Notes: generated by a model not told the origin, from the letters alone. Shown: positions 52,492 through 61,968, counted from the stretch's first letter. The stretch is DNA of 62,075 nucleotides from Minisyncoccota bacterium (GCA_021734445.1 JAIPIY010000003.1:1-62075); one strand, 5' to 3'. Numbers and translations are program-made.

Positions 52492-55173
52492 CTATGCTGA
52501 TGTTTTTACTTTCTTTTTCTTTACTACTTTTGTAGCAGAACCCTTTTTTGTTACTATCATTTCCCCTTTGACCACATCCACATGTACCACATTTCCAGAA
52601 GATATTTTATTGGTAATAATCAATGTTGCAACAGGATTTAATATTTTATTTTGAATCAGACGGTTCAATGGTCGTGCACCATATTGTGGATTATATCCTT
52701 TTTCCGCCAAATACGCATATGCAGAATCAGTAATAGACAACTTTATATCTTTTACCTGCAAACGCTCTACCACCACAGAAACTCGCACTTTTACGATTTC
52801 TTTGATTACTTCTGGAGATAACACATCAAACACAATAGTATCATCCAACCGATTCAAGAATTCTGGTCTGAAAAATTCTTTTAATGCCTGTTCTACTTTT
52901 TCCTTGGTGTTTTGATATGCTTCGGTTTCGCTTTGTGCAGAGAATCCAATGGATTGCATTTTTTCAACATACTGAGATCCAATATTTGAAGTCATCACAA
53001 TAATCGCATTTTTGAAATTCACAATGCGCCCCTTTGCATCAGTTAATCGCCCATCATCCAACACCTGCAATAATACATTGAACACTTCGGGATGAGCTTT
53101 TTCTACCTCGTCAAACAAAATAACAGAATACGGACGATGACGGATAGCTTCGGTAAATTGACCTGATTCTTCGTGTCCTACATATCCCGGAGGTGAACCA
53201 ATCAATTTGGAAACGGAATGTTTTTCCATGTATTCTGACATATCCACACGAATTAGCGCTTTTTCATCATTAAACATAAATTCAGCCAAAGCTTTGGTTA
53301 ATTCGGTTTTTCCAACACCGGTTGGACCCAAAAACATAAATGAACCAATAGGACGATTAGGATCAGAAATCCCAACACGAGATCGTCTAATAGCATGAGC
53401 TATTTTTTCAATAGCCTCATCCTGACCTTTAACCCGTTTTTTCAAATCATCTTCGATGCGTGCTAATTTTGCCAATTCTTCTTCTAACATGCGAGATACC
53501 GGAATTCCAGTCCATTTTGCAACTACATGTGCAATATCTTCTTCGGTTACTTCTTCCCGCAATATACGTTCTGTGCGTTGAGTTTTTCGTAATTTTTCTT
53601 GTTTTGCCTGCATCTTTTTTTCTAATGCAGGAATTTTACCATAACGTATTTCAGCAACACGACCTAAATCAGTTTGTAATTCTGCATTTTCTGCTTCGAC
53701 ACGTAGTATATCAATTTCTTTTTTAATGATCGCAATTTCTTGCAAAGATTCTTTTTCATTTTTCCATTTAATTTCTAATTCACGAGTTTTATCTCGTAGT
53801 TCTGCAATTTCTTTGTCGATTGCTTTTTTTCTATCTTGAGCTTTTTTATTACCAGAAGATGCTTCAATGTCTTTTTTTAAAGCTTCTTTTTCAATTTCCA
53901 ATCGCATAATTTTACGATGAGACTCTTCTAATACCGCTGGTTTGTTTTCTAATGCAATACGCAATGAAGAAGCAGCTTCGTCGATCAGGTCAACCGCCTT
54001 GTCAGGAAGAAATCGATTCGTTACATATCGTGTAGACAATTGTACCGCAGCCAAAATCGCATCATCAGTAATACGTACACTGTGGAATAATTCATATTTT
54101 CCTTTTAATCCACGTAAAATTGCAATAGCATCTTCGATGGAGGGCTCTTGGACGTGCACAGGCTGAAAACGTCGTGCCAATGCAGCGTCTTTTTCAAAAT
54201 ATTTTTGATATTCTTTTGTTGTCGTTGCACCAATTAAACGGAATTCACCACGAGCCAAAGCTGGTTTTAACATGTTTGCAGCATCTACAGATCCTTCTGA
54301 TGCACCCGCACCAATCAATGTATGAATTTCATCAACAAACACAATCACGCGACCTTCGGCACGTTCGATTTCTTTCATGATTTTTTTCAAACGTTCTTCA
54401 AATTCTCCACGATATTTTGTACCCGCCAAAAGAAATCCTAAATCCAAAGAAAGTAATTCTTTTTCTTTTAATGATTCTGGAACGTCACCCTTTGCAATAC
54501 GAATAGCCAAACCTTCTACGATGGCAGTTTTTCCTGTTCCTGGTTCCCCGATTAATACAGGATTGTTTTTTGTACGTCGTGACAAAATCTGAATAATACG
54601 CATGATTTCATTATCACGCCCGATTACAGGATCCAATTTATCGTTGGCAGCCATACGGGTTAGATTTCGTGCGTATTTTGTTAGCATTTTAAAATCTTTC
54701 ATAGGCCCATTTCCTTCTTGTTCACTTTGACGAATTTCATCCAAAACTTTGAGAACTTTTTCTTTTGTCACTCGTACAGTGGTTAAAATATCTTTTGCTT
54801 GACCTGATGTCTCTAATACAGCCAAAAACAAATGTTCCACTGAAACAAGTTCATCTTTTAAATCTTTTGCAACACGAGAAGATGTTTCTATTACTGAAGC
54901 CAAATCAGGAGTCAAATAAATCTGGTGAGCCGGAGTGGTGGTGTTACCGGTGTCTACTTCGGGTTCGATATATTCCAACAGCGAATCGGTTAATATCATG
55001 GTGTCTACTTCGATACGTTCCAATAATGGAATGATTAAACTCTCTTCTTGCAACAACAAAGCCAATAACAAGTGTTGTGGATTCACGTGATTTTGTCCAC
55101 GTTCGATTGCTAATTCATGAGCTTTTCGAATTGCGTCTTTTGCTTTTGTGGTGAATTGATTAAATGGTGGCAT
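52492..55173 (-). CDS. clpB: ATP-dependent chaperone ClpB
   Basis: Clp N-domain, two AAA+ modules (GEPGTGKTAIVEGLA; GPTGVGKTELTKALA) and a long coiled-coil middle domain; 893 aa. Confidence 0.9.
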   Translation of the reverse strand: MPPFNQFTTKAKDAIRKAHELAIERGQNHVNPQHLLLALLLQEESLIIPLLERIEVDTMILTDSLLEYIEPEVDTGNTTTPAHQIYLTPDLASVIETSSRVAKDLKDELVSVEHLFLAVLETSGQAKDILTTVRVTKEKVLKVLDEIRQSEQEGNGPMKDFKMLTKYARNLTRMAANDKLDPVIGRDNEIMRIIQILSRRTKNNPVLIGEPGTGKTAIVEGLAIRIAKGDVPESLKEKELLSLDLGFLLAGTKYRGEFEERLKKIMKEIERAEGRVIVFVDEIHTLIGAGASEGSVDAANMLKPALARGEFRLIGATTTKEYQKYFEKDAALARRFQPVHVQEPSIEDAIAILRGLKGKYELFHSVRITDDAILAAVQLSTRYVTNRFLPDKAVDLIDEAASSLRIALENKPAVLEESHRKIMRLEIEKEALKKDIEASSGNKKAQDRKKAIDKEIAELRDKTRELEIKWKNEKESLQEIAIIKKEIDILRVEAENAELQTDLGRVAEIRYGKIPALEKKMQAKQEKLRKTQRTERILREEVTEEDIAHVVAKWTGIPVSRMLEEELAKLARIEDDLKKRVKGQDEAIEKIAHAIRRSRVGISDPNRPIGSFMFLGPTGVGKTELTKALAEFMFNDEKALIRVDMSEYMEKHSVSKLIGSPPGYVGHEESGQFTEAIRHRPYSVILFDEVEKAHPEVFNVLLQVLDDGRLTDAKGRIVNFKNAIIVMTSNIGSQYVEKMQSIGFSAQSETEAYQNTKEKVEQALKEFFRPEFLNRLDDTIVFDVLSPEVIKEIVKVRVSVVVERLQVKDIKLSITDSAYAYLAEKGYNPQYGARPLNRLIQNKILNPVATLIITNKISSGNVVHVDVVKGEMIVTKKGSATKVVKKKKVKTSA

Positions 55174-55196
55174 AGTGTTATCAGTATAACATATTT

Positions 55197-56876
55197 TTAT
55201 AAATTTTCATCAGTGCTTTCTTTTTCAAGATTATCTAAAAACGTAACTACAGGCAATTCTGATTCTTGTATTAAGCTTGCAATAGATACACCAACATAAC
55301 GCCAATGCCATGGTTCAGAAATGTATCCCGTAATGTCTTCTTCCCCTTGTTTAAAGCTTTGTACAAAACCATATTTGTGTGCATTTTTTTGCATCCACAC
55401 ATATTCAGGAGAATACACAAACGAATCATAAGAAAGAGCATCTGTGCTACCTGATTTCAAATCAACTACGGTTCCTAATTGATGTTCTGAATGTCCAGAT
55501 TTTGCAACTGAAGGAAATTCCCCAAAAGAAGGTTCTGAACTTTTATATAAATCAGCCTGAGTATTTGCATCACGATATCCGGATGCCATAATAATTTTTA
55601 ATCCTTCTTTTAATGCATCGTTTACTAATTTTTCAAATGCAAGCCCAGCTTCTTCATCCAAACATGTCGCCGTGCCCCGTGTATCAACACGATTGTTCAT
55701 ATGAATTAATTTAGGCGGAGCATATGAACCCAATGACTGGGTGTGTGACACGGGAATTAAAATATTTCTCACATGACCCTGCGGTGTACGTGGGCATAAA
55801 TCAGGAATACTGATTTTTGATTTTATCATATCTGTTTCCACTAAATCACGAACACGAATGGGTTGGTAGGTTCTATCTAATTCAACAACGCGTGGATGAT
55901 ATGACCAGGTATCTTTATCTTGCATTTCGACAGACAACATCATGCCCCTCATGGTATTTTCAGAAAAGTATTGATCAAAGATAAAATTTCCTAGTGAGTA
56001 TACAATCAACCCTCCGTTGTATTCTTCGATCTCTTGTATCACATGGGGATGATGCCCAATAACAAATGTTGCCCCCGCATCAATAGCTGATCGTGCCAAA
56101 GTTTTTTGTCGATTTGATGCAGTAACATATTCATCACCAAAATGAAACGAAACAATCACTATGTCAGATTGTTCTTTTGCCTGTTGTATCAATGACACCA
56201 ATCGTGTATCTCGTGCCAATAACTGACCAGGACTATTTTCAGATGCGCGCAACCAGTCTGGACCAACATCAGAAAAGCCAAGAAAAGCAAAGGTAATACC
56301 GTTTCTTTCTATAATCCTTGGAGTAATCGCATCGGCATCATTTCTCCCTGCGCCGGTAAACAATACCCCCGCAGATTCTAGTCGTAATAACGTATCAGAA
56401 AAAGCGGAAACACTCCAATCGCCTACGTGATTATTTGCAAAAGAAACAATATCCACACCTACATCACCCAATACATCCGCGACAATCGGATCCATGCGAA
56501 ATGAATATTTACTACCTACATTTTTTCCTTTGTCGGAAATAGGGCCTTCGAGATTCAAAAACACAATATCTGATGCATTAAAATATTCTTGAACATGTAT
56601 AAATAATTTTTGAAAATCTCCACCAAAATTTCTCTGTACAGAAGATTCTACCCCACGGTCCATCATGGTGTCACCAACAAACAGTAATGAAACCGAGGTA
56701 TCTACTTCTTCTTTCTCGATATTTTTTTTATGTTCTTCTTGTATATATTTTCCTTGTGCAACAATATTTTGAATAGATTCACGTACATACGAAGCCCCCC
56801 TGACATCATAGACATATAAACCACCCAAAACACAAACAATAACAAAAAAGAAAATATAATTATGTGTTTTTTTCAT
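55197..56876 (-). CDS. membrane-anchored CapA-like metallophosphatase fused to VanY-type D,D-carboxypeptidase (M15B)
   Basis: N-terminal anchor. CapA/PGA_cap-like motifs (FLNLEGP, ANNH, FHFGDEY, IGHHPH). C-terminal SGYRD...SEHQLGTVVD...EPWHWRY matches the VanY zinc peptidase. Confidence 0.65.
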   Translation of the reverse strand: MKKTHNYIFFFVIVCVLGGLYVYDVRGASYVRESIQNIVAQGKYIQEEHKKNIEKEEVDTSVSLLFVGDTMMDRGVESSVQRNFGGDFQKLFIHVQEYFNASDIVFLNLEGPISDKGKNVGSKYSFRMDPIVADVLGDVGVDIVSFANNHVGDWSVSAFSDTLLRLESAGVLFTGAGRNDADAITPRIIERNGITFAFLGFSDVGPDWLRASENSPGQLLARDTRLVSLIQQAKEQSDIVIVSFHFGDEYVTASNRQKTLARSAIDAGATFVIGHHPHVIQEIEEYNGGLIVYSLGNFIFDQYFSENTMRGMMLSVEMQDKDTWSYHPRVVELDRTYQPIRVRDLVETDMIKSKISIPDLCPRTPQGHVRNILIPVSHTQSLGSYAPPKLIHMNNRVDTRGTATCLDEEAGLAFEKLVNDALKEGLKIIMASGYRDANTQADLYKSSEPSFGEFPSVAKSGHSEHQLGTVVDLKSGSTDALSYDSFVYSPEYVWMQKNAHKYGFVQSFKQGEEDITGYISEPWHWRYVGVSIASLIQESELPVVTFLDNLEKESTDENL

Positions 56877-58083
56877 AAGGTAAAAATCGATTACGGTCTG
56901 TGTATAATTTGGTCACAGATTCTTTTACTGCGCGGGCTATTTCTAGAATATCTTTTTTTGTTGTATTTCTTCCCAAACTGATACGAATTCCTTCTTGTAG
57001 TATACCATCCTGTCCAGTAATAGCTTGTAACACATGAGAAACTTTTCCATTTCCTGTACTGCATGCGGACTGCGAACTGACGGCAACACCCCGCGCGTCT
57101 AATTCAATAACTAATTGTTCCGCAGAAATGTTTGGAAAAGCAAGATAGAGATTATGAGGCAATCTTTCTTTTTTTGAACCAATCAATACAGCATCAGGAA
57201 GAGCTGACTGTATTTGTGCATATAATTCTTTTCGTAACTCCAATAATCTCTCGTATTCAGATTTATATGTTTTCTGAGCTATCACTAATGCCCGGGCAAA
57301 ACCAATACATGCAGATACATTATGCGTACCTGGGCGAAAACCAAATTCTTGTGTTCCACCGGAAAACCAGGATTTTGGAGAAATAGCACCTTGAAAAACC
57401 CACACACCAGAACCTTTTGGTCCATAGATTTTTGAACCAGACAAAGCAATACTGTCGACGTGCATCCCGCTGAGCTGTACTGAATGTGTATTTCCCATTT
57501 GTACAATGTCAGAATGCATATACGGATACAGAGAATTAGTATCCTTTCTGAATTGTCGAACAATTCGACCAATACGAGAAATGGGTTGCACTGTTCCAAT
57601 TTCATTATTGGCACCCATAACAATAACTAATACAGTTTGTGTATCAAGATTTTTTTCAATAAAAGAAACGTCTACAATACCTTCTTTTGTGACGGGGATA
57701 GAAATAATTTCACATCCTCTTTTTTTTAATAGCTCCACCACACCCAAAACCGAAGGGTGTTCGATGCTACTAACCAATATCTTTGGAGTACCTGGGATAC
57801 TGGAAATCACGGTCTCGTACAAAGAAAGAATCGCAATCATATTTGCCTCGGTTCCACCGCTGGTAAATACAACATTTTTGTCTGTTACACCGCACAATCT
57901 GGCAACATCGCGTCTGGCATTTTCTAATGCAGTATGTACCGTACGAGATTCTTTGTATAATCCCTGAGGATTAAAAGAATCTTTTTGTATGAATGGTCGC
58001 ATAGCAGAAAAAACATCCTGATCAATAGGTGTTCCCGATGCATAATCTGCGTATATTCTTTTGTTTTGAAAAAACCATTTCAT
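56860..58083 (-). CDS. cysteine desulfurase (class V aminotransferase, IscS/NifS family)
   Basis: IYADYASGTP start, FTSGGTEAN, the PLP-Lys region SGSKIYGPKG, and the active-site SSQSACS loop. Confidence 0.8.
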   Translation of the reverse strand: MKWFFQNKRIYADYASGTPIDQDVFSAMRPFIQKDSFNPQGLYKESRTVHTALENARRDVARLCGVTDKNVVFTSGGTEANMIAILSLYETVISSIPGTPKILVSSIEHPSVLGVVELLKKRGCEIISIPVTKEGIVDVSFIEKNLDTQTVLVIVMGANNEIGTVQPISRIGRIVRQFRKDTNSLYPYMHSDIVQMGNTHSVQLSGMHVDSIALSGSKIYGPKGSGVWVFQGAISPKSWFSGGTQEFGFRPGTHNVSACIGFARALVIAQKTYKSEYERLLELRKELYAQIQSALPDAVLIGSKKERLPHNLYLAFPNISAEQLVIELDARGVAVSSQSACSTGNGKVSHVLQAITGQDGILQEGIRISLGRNTTKKDILEIARAVKESVTKLYTDRNRFLPYEKNT

Positions 58084-58129
58084 AAGATACTATTTGAATT
58101 TTTGGTAATTTTGTGTATACTTATACACT

Positions 58130-58606
58130 ATGGACTTTCTCATTCTATTAGTCAGCATTATTTCAGGCGTTATCCTCCTTATAGTAGGTGGATTGTTTTA
58201 TTATATCGTTACCCTGGGAAAGAGGCTAGCAAAATTAGTATCTGGAAAACAAGGCAATTCCCTGGAATCAACTATAACCCAAGCTCTGGAAAATATCAAA
58301 GAATTGCAGGCGGAAAATAAAAAATTACATACAGAAATTGCATCTTTGGATCAGCGTCTTTTAAAAACTGTACAAAAACCTCCGGTAAAGAGATTTAATG
58401 CATTTACTGATGCAGGAGGAAATCAAAGCTTTGCAACTGCATTTGTGACCGAAACAGGAGACGGGATTGTTCTGTCTACTATTTATTCACGTGAAAAAAC
58501 AAGTGTGTTTTCTAAACAAATAACACAATACACCGCAACCCAAGAATTAACCGCAGAAGAACAAGATGTTCTTGATAATGCAAAAAATAATTATGAAAAA
58601 AAATAG
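58130..58606 (+). CDS. membrane-anchored coiled-coil protein (DUF4446-like)
   Basis: N-terminal TM helix, a coiled coil, and a conserved-looking RFNAFTDAGGNQSFATAF segment. Confidence 0.4.
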   Translation: MDFLILLVSIISGVILLIVGGLFYYIVTLGKRLAKLVSGKQGNSLESTITQALENIKELQAENKKLHTEIASLDQRLLKTVQKPPVKRFNAFTDAGGNQSFATAFVTETGDGIVLSTIYSREKTSVFSKQITQYTATQELTAEEQDVLDNAKNNYEKK

Positions 58607-60104
58607 CAAAGAAAATACAATAATGCAACGACCGCCCGTAGTAGTAATTATGGGTCATGTTGATCATGGAAAATCATCTCTTTTGGATTATATTCAAAAG
58701 AGTAATATTGTTGCTGGTGAAGCAGGTGGAATTACTCAACATATCAAAGCCTACGAAGCCCATCACAAAGATGAAAAAGGTAACGACCGAACTATCACAT
58801 TTTTAGATACACCAGGACATGCTGCTTTTTCTGGAATGCGAACACGTGGTGCATCGTTGGCAGATATTGCCATTTTGATTGTGTCAGCAGAAGACAGTGT
58901 AAAACAACAAACCATAGAAGCTATCAAAACAATCAAAGCAAACAATGTTCCTTTTATTGTTGCTATCAACAAAATTGATTTACCTGCTGCAAATATTGAA
59001 AAAGTAAAAGGTGATCTTTTAGAATATGAAATATTCGTAGAAGGCTACGGAGGAAATACTCCTGTAGTGCCTATTTCTGCAAAAACAGGTGCTGGTGTAG
59101 ATGATCTATTAGAAACTATTCTGTTAGTTGCTGAATTAGAAGAACTACAAGGTGATACTTCCCTACCTGCAACTGGTTTTGTATTGGAATCAACTCATGA
59201 TCCAAAACGTGGAGTTTCTGCAACATTGTTAATCAAAAATGGATCTCTTTCTAGTGGATCTTTGGTGGTTACCCCTGAATCTTTTTCCAGTACCAGAATT
59301 ATGGAAAATACAGTAGGTGGGAAATTATTGTATGCTCAGTTTTCTACCCCTGTGCGCATTACTGGCTTTTCCATTTCTCCTGAGATTGGATCCACCTTTA
59401 CTACAGTAGCGACAAAAAAAGAAGCTGAGAAAATGATTAAAACATTTTTGGATGATACTACAAACAAAAAAGAACCTCGTCTTGATATGGGGACAGCGAC
59501 AACCAGTATTCCTATGATTATCAAGGGAGATACCATGGGTACTGTAGAAGCGGTGTGTAGTGAATTGGCAAAAATGCAAGATGAATTTCTTGGGTTCAAA
59601 ATTATCGAACGTGGCGTTGGATCAATAAATGAATCGGATGTGAAATTGGCAAAAGCTGATCCGTCTACGGTTATTTTGGGTTTTGGTGTAACTGTGGAAA
59701 GAAAAGCAGAAGATATGTTGATTGGAACAACTGTATTGGTTAAAACTTTTGATGTTATTTATCATTTGACCGAATGGATTACTTCTATGCAAGAAACATG
59801 GAAACCAAAGCAAGAAGTCACTCACGTCATTGGTTCTATTAAATTATTACGTCATTTCAGTAGTACCCGAGATAAACACGTGTGTGGTGGACGTGTAACC
59901 GCAGGCGAAATTACCTTGGGTTCACAGGTGCGTATTCTTCGAAGAGATGTTATGGTTGGTAGAGGTAAAATCACAAACCTTCAAGAAGGAAAACAAGATA
60001 CCAAAACTGTTAGAGAGGGTTCTGAATTTGGTTGTATGATTGAATCAAAAATAGAACCAGCACCAGGAGATGTTATAGAATCTTTTATCGTAAAATATGA
60101 ATAA
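58593..60104 (+). CDS. infB: translation initiation factor IF-2 (short N-terminus)
   Basis: RPPVVVIMGHVDHGKSSLLD G1 motif, DTPGHAAF and NKID. ATG at 58593 overlaps the upstream stop. Confidence 0.9.
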   Translation: MKKNSKENTIMQRPPVVVIMGHVDHGKSSLLDYIQKSNIVAGEAGGITQHIKAYEAHHKDEKGNDRTITFLDTPGHAAFSGMRTRGASLADIAILIVSAEDSVKQQTIEAIKTIKANNVPFIVAINKIDLPAANIEKVKGDLLEYEIFVEGYGGNTPVVPISAKTGAGVDDLLETILLVAELEELQGDTSLPATGFVLESTHDPKRGVSATLLIKNGSLSSGSLVVTPESFSSTRIMENTVGGKLLYAQFSTPVRITGFSISPEIGSTFTTVATKKEAEKMIKTFLDDTTNKKEPRLDMGTATTSIPMIIKGDTMGTVEAVCSELAKMQDEFLGFKIIERGVGSINESDVKLAKADPSTVILGFGVTVERKAEDMLIGTTVLVKTFDVIYHLTEWITSMQETWKPKQEVTHVIGSIKLLRHFSSTRDKHVCGGRVTAGEITLGSQVRILRRDVMVGRGKITNLQEGKQDTKTVREGSEFGCMIESKIEPAPGDVIESFIVKYE

Positions 60105-60462
60105 TAACGACATACAAAAACAAACAAGCAACGAACGGTTCACTGGTGAAATTCAAAAAGTTATTGCCGGGTTTATCACCCAAGAAGGCAACAAACAATC
60201 ATTGATCACCGTGACCAGTGTCACCATGCAAGACAAAAGCAATCTGGCATCAGTAGGTATTTCTGTATTACCAGAAAGCCAAGAATCTATTGCATTAAAA
60301 TTTGTGCAACGACGAGCTCATGATATGTTACAAAAAATCAATAGCACGTTCAAACATCGCCGTGCACCTAAATTGATTTTCCATATTGATAAAGGAGAAA
60401 AAAACCGGTATGCTGTTGATGCGATATTAAAAGAAGAGAGTTCTGAAAATAATATCGAATAA
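60097..60462 (+). CDS. rbfA: ribosome-binding factor A
   Basis: 121 aa directly after infB; RbfA-like pattern (ITVTSVTMQDKSNLASVGISVL). Confidence 0.75.
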   Translation: MNNNDIQKQTSNERFTGEIQKVIAGFITQEGNKQSLITVTSVTMQDKSNLASVGISVLPESQESIALKFVQRRAHDMLQKINSTFKHRRAPKLIFHIDKGEKNRYAVDAILKEESSENNIE

Positions 60463-60469
60463 TTAAAAA

Positions 60470-60541
60470 GGCCTGGTGGCGAAGTGGAAACGCTGGAGTC
60501 TGCAAAACTTCCATGCGCGGGTTCGATTCCCGCCCAGGCCT
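60470..60541 (+). tRNA. tRNA-Cys (anticodon GCA)
   Basis: GGCCTGGTGGCGAAGTGGAAACGCTGGAGTCTGCAAAACTTCCATGCGCGGGTTCGATTCCCGCCCAGGCCT. Confidence 0.9.
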
Positions 60542-60542
60542 C

Positions 60543-60569
60543 AAAAATTGTCATTGATGACAATTTTTG
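60543..60569 (+). terminator. terminator-like hairpin after tRNA-Cys
   Basis: AAAAATTGTCA-TTGA-TGACAATTTTT. Confidence 0.6.
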
Positions 60570-60666
60570 CCCCACCTCAAAGAGGTGGCCAATCTTTACG
60601 TAGTAAAGCAGGCCAGGGGTAACATACAAGATAATACGGAGTATTAGATTGTTTTTGTTTTTAGAT

Positions 60667-60786
60667 TGGGCGGGAATCGAACCGAGAGTGCGCGAAGCCG
60701 GACGATAGTCCGTGCACCCGAGTGGAGGTCAAGGGCGTGAGATTTTCTGAAAGAAAATCCACAAGAGTGACCGATCCCGCAAAGAG
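60667..60786 (+). repeat. tRNA-linked structured element, copy C2 (3' of tRNA-Cys)
   Basis: The left end TGGGCGGGAATCGAACC (60667-60683) is a perfect inverted copy of tRNA-Cys 60520-60536. The closing helix is GCGGGAATCG/CGATCCCGC. Internal blocks GCGCGAAGCC, CCGAGTGGAGGTCA, GTGAGATTTTC..GAAAATCCAC and AGAGTGACCGA are shared with C1. Confidence 0.8.
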
Positions 60787-60834
60787 AGATTGATAATTCA
60801 ATCTTTTTAATATACAATAAACAAGTTTTATAAA

Positions 60835-60919
60835 GCCCGGGTGGCGAAATTGGTAGACGCGCTAGTCTTAGGAACTAGTAGAGCAATCTGTGGAGGTTCA
60901 AGTCCTCTCCCGGGCACCA
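60835..60919 (+). tRNA. tRNA-Leu (anticodon UAG), CCA encoded
   Basis: GCCCGGGTGGCGAAATTGGTAGACGCGCTAGTCTTAGGAACTAG..variable arm..GGTTCAAGTCCTCTCCCGGGCACCA. Confidence 0.9.
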
Positions 60920-60974
60920 GAAATATGCAAAGACATATTTCAATAACAAGGGTATATATTCGACGTAATATATT

Positions 60975-61047
60975 CCCCTCATAGCTCAGCTGGTAGAGCA
61001 GTTGCCTCTTAAGCAAACGGTCGTAGGTTCAAGTCCTACTGGGGGGA
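60975..61047 (+). tRNA. tRNA-Lys (anticodon CUU)
   Basis: CCCCTCATAGCTCAGCTGGTAGAGCAGTTGCCTCTTAAGCAAACGGTCGTAGGTTCAAGTCCTACTGGGGGGA (C1-G72 first pair). Confidence 0.85.
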
Positions 61048-61078
61048 CAACGAAAAGAACTTTTTCAATAATAATATA

Positions 61079-61159
61079 GCCGGGATGATGGAATGGTAGA
61101 CATAAGGGACTTAAAATCCCTGGGCGCAAGCCGTGCGGGTTCGAGTCCCGCTCCCGGCA
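61079..61159 (+). tRNA. tRNA-Leu (anticodon UAA)
   Basis: GCCGGGATGATGGAATGGTAGACATAAGGGACTTAAAATCCCTGGGCGCAAGCCGTGCGGGTTCGAGTCCCGCTCCCGGCA; CCA not encoded. Confidence 0.9.
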
Positions 61160-61164
61160 CAGAA

Positions 61165-61206
61165 ACAAACAATGATAATGCCAAGGATTATCATTGTTTT
61201 TGTTTT
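61165..61206 (+). terminator. terminator hairpin after tRNA-Leu(UAA)
   Basis: AACAATGATAAT-GCCAAGG-ATTATCATTGTT followed by TTTGTTTT. Confidence 0.6.
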
Positions 61207-61213
61207 ATAGTCT

Positions 61214-61328
61214 GGGACGGGACGAGAAAGACGGAGGCGCGAAGCCGATTCGTAGAATCGCTGCCGAGTCAGGGTCGTGAAATTTTGCGTAGCAAAATAT
61301 TCCTGACCGAGTCCTGCTCCCGGCACCA
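61214..61328 (+). repeat. tRNA-linked structured element, copy C3 (3' of tRNA-Leu UAA), ending in a tRNA-Leu-like 3' end with CCA
   Basis: It ends CGAGTCCTGCTCCCGGCACCA. Positions 61308-61326 equal tRNA-Leu 61142-61160 with one mismatch. Internal blocks GCGCGAAGCC, CCGAGTCAGGGTCGTGAAATTTTGC..GCAAAAT and CCTGACCGAGTCC are shared with C1/C2. Confidence 0.8.
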
Positions 61329-61330
61329 AG

Positions 61331-61368
61331 ATAAACAAGGATACTGCACTGCAGTATCCTTGTTTATT
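61331..61368 (+). terminator. strong terminator hairpin after element C3
   Basis: AAACAAGGATACTGC-ACT-GCAGTATCCTTGTTT followed by ATTAT. Confidence 0.65.
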
Positions 61369-61430
61369 ATATACAGACAACAAATGTTTTTTCCTGTATA
61401 CTATACAAGAACATTGTAAATCAAAGACCG

Positions 61431-61919
61431 ATGATACAACCTTGGCAGATTGCTCTTTTGGCGATCTCTTGGGGGGTCGCAATGTATATTGATAAGCGGA
61501 TATCAAAAGAAAAATTTACACATGTAAAGTTTTTTGTTGAGACGCTGTTAATCTCTTGTTTATCTTTTGCTATTATGATGTTTGTCGAGACATACATCTT
61601 CGAACTGACCGTTACGCAAAGTTTAGACAAAAGAATTAATATAACTATCTATAATTTCTTTACGGCTCGATTGTATGGGATTACCCGTGACACAATAATA
61701 CATTATTACATCACGAGACCCAAATGGCTCATTGATGGTTTTGTGTATGTTGTGTACCATGGTGTGCCCTATATCGGAATAGTGTTTTTTGATGGAGAAA
61801 TTGCACTCAGTCAGAAAATAACTATTGGATTAGCCACCTTGTCAGGAACGTTTATCATAGGCGCCCTGTATGGTAGAATCCTTGAATTTACGCGTATTTT
61901 GGTCATCAAATCAACATAG
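61431..61919 (+). CDS. small polytopic membrane protein, AlaE (L-alanine exporter)-like
   Basis: 162 aa with four hydrophobic helices. TQSLDKRINITIYNFFTARLYGITRD resembles the AlaE conserved segment (..QSL..R.......YG..RD). Confidence 0.4.
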   Translation: MIQPWQIALLAISWGVAMYIDKRISKEKFTHVKFFVETLLISCLSFAIMMFVETYIFELTVTQSLDKRINITIYNFFTARLYGITRDTIIHYYITRPKWLIDGFVYVVYHGVPYIGIVFFDGEIALSQKITIGLATLSGTFIIGALYGRILEFTRILVIKST

Positions 61920-61939
61920 TCGGGCACCCTCCCAGGTGC

Positions 61940-61968
61940 TTGACTTTTTTTTATATATAGTGTATAAT
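61940..61968 (+). promoter_or_regulatory. consensus sigma70-type promoter with extended -10 (TTGACT-17-TGTATAAT)
   Basis: TTGACT at 61940-61945, 17 nt spacer, TATAAT at 61963-61968 preceded by TG. AGGTGCTTGAC is identical to the promoter at 10.36 kb. Confidence 0.7.

Noticed and set aside
60571-60660. Possible further degenerate tRNA-Cys-derived fragment (GCAGGCCAGGGG) and hairpin (CCACCTC-AAA-GAGGTGG) between tRNA-Cys and element C2.
   Set aside because: The similarity is too short and degenerate to call. I note it only as part of the spacer preceding C2.
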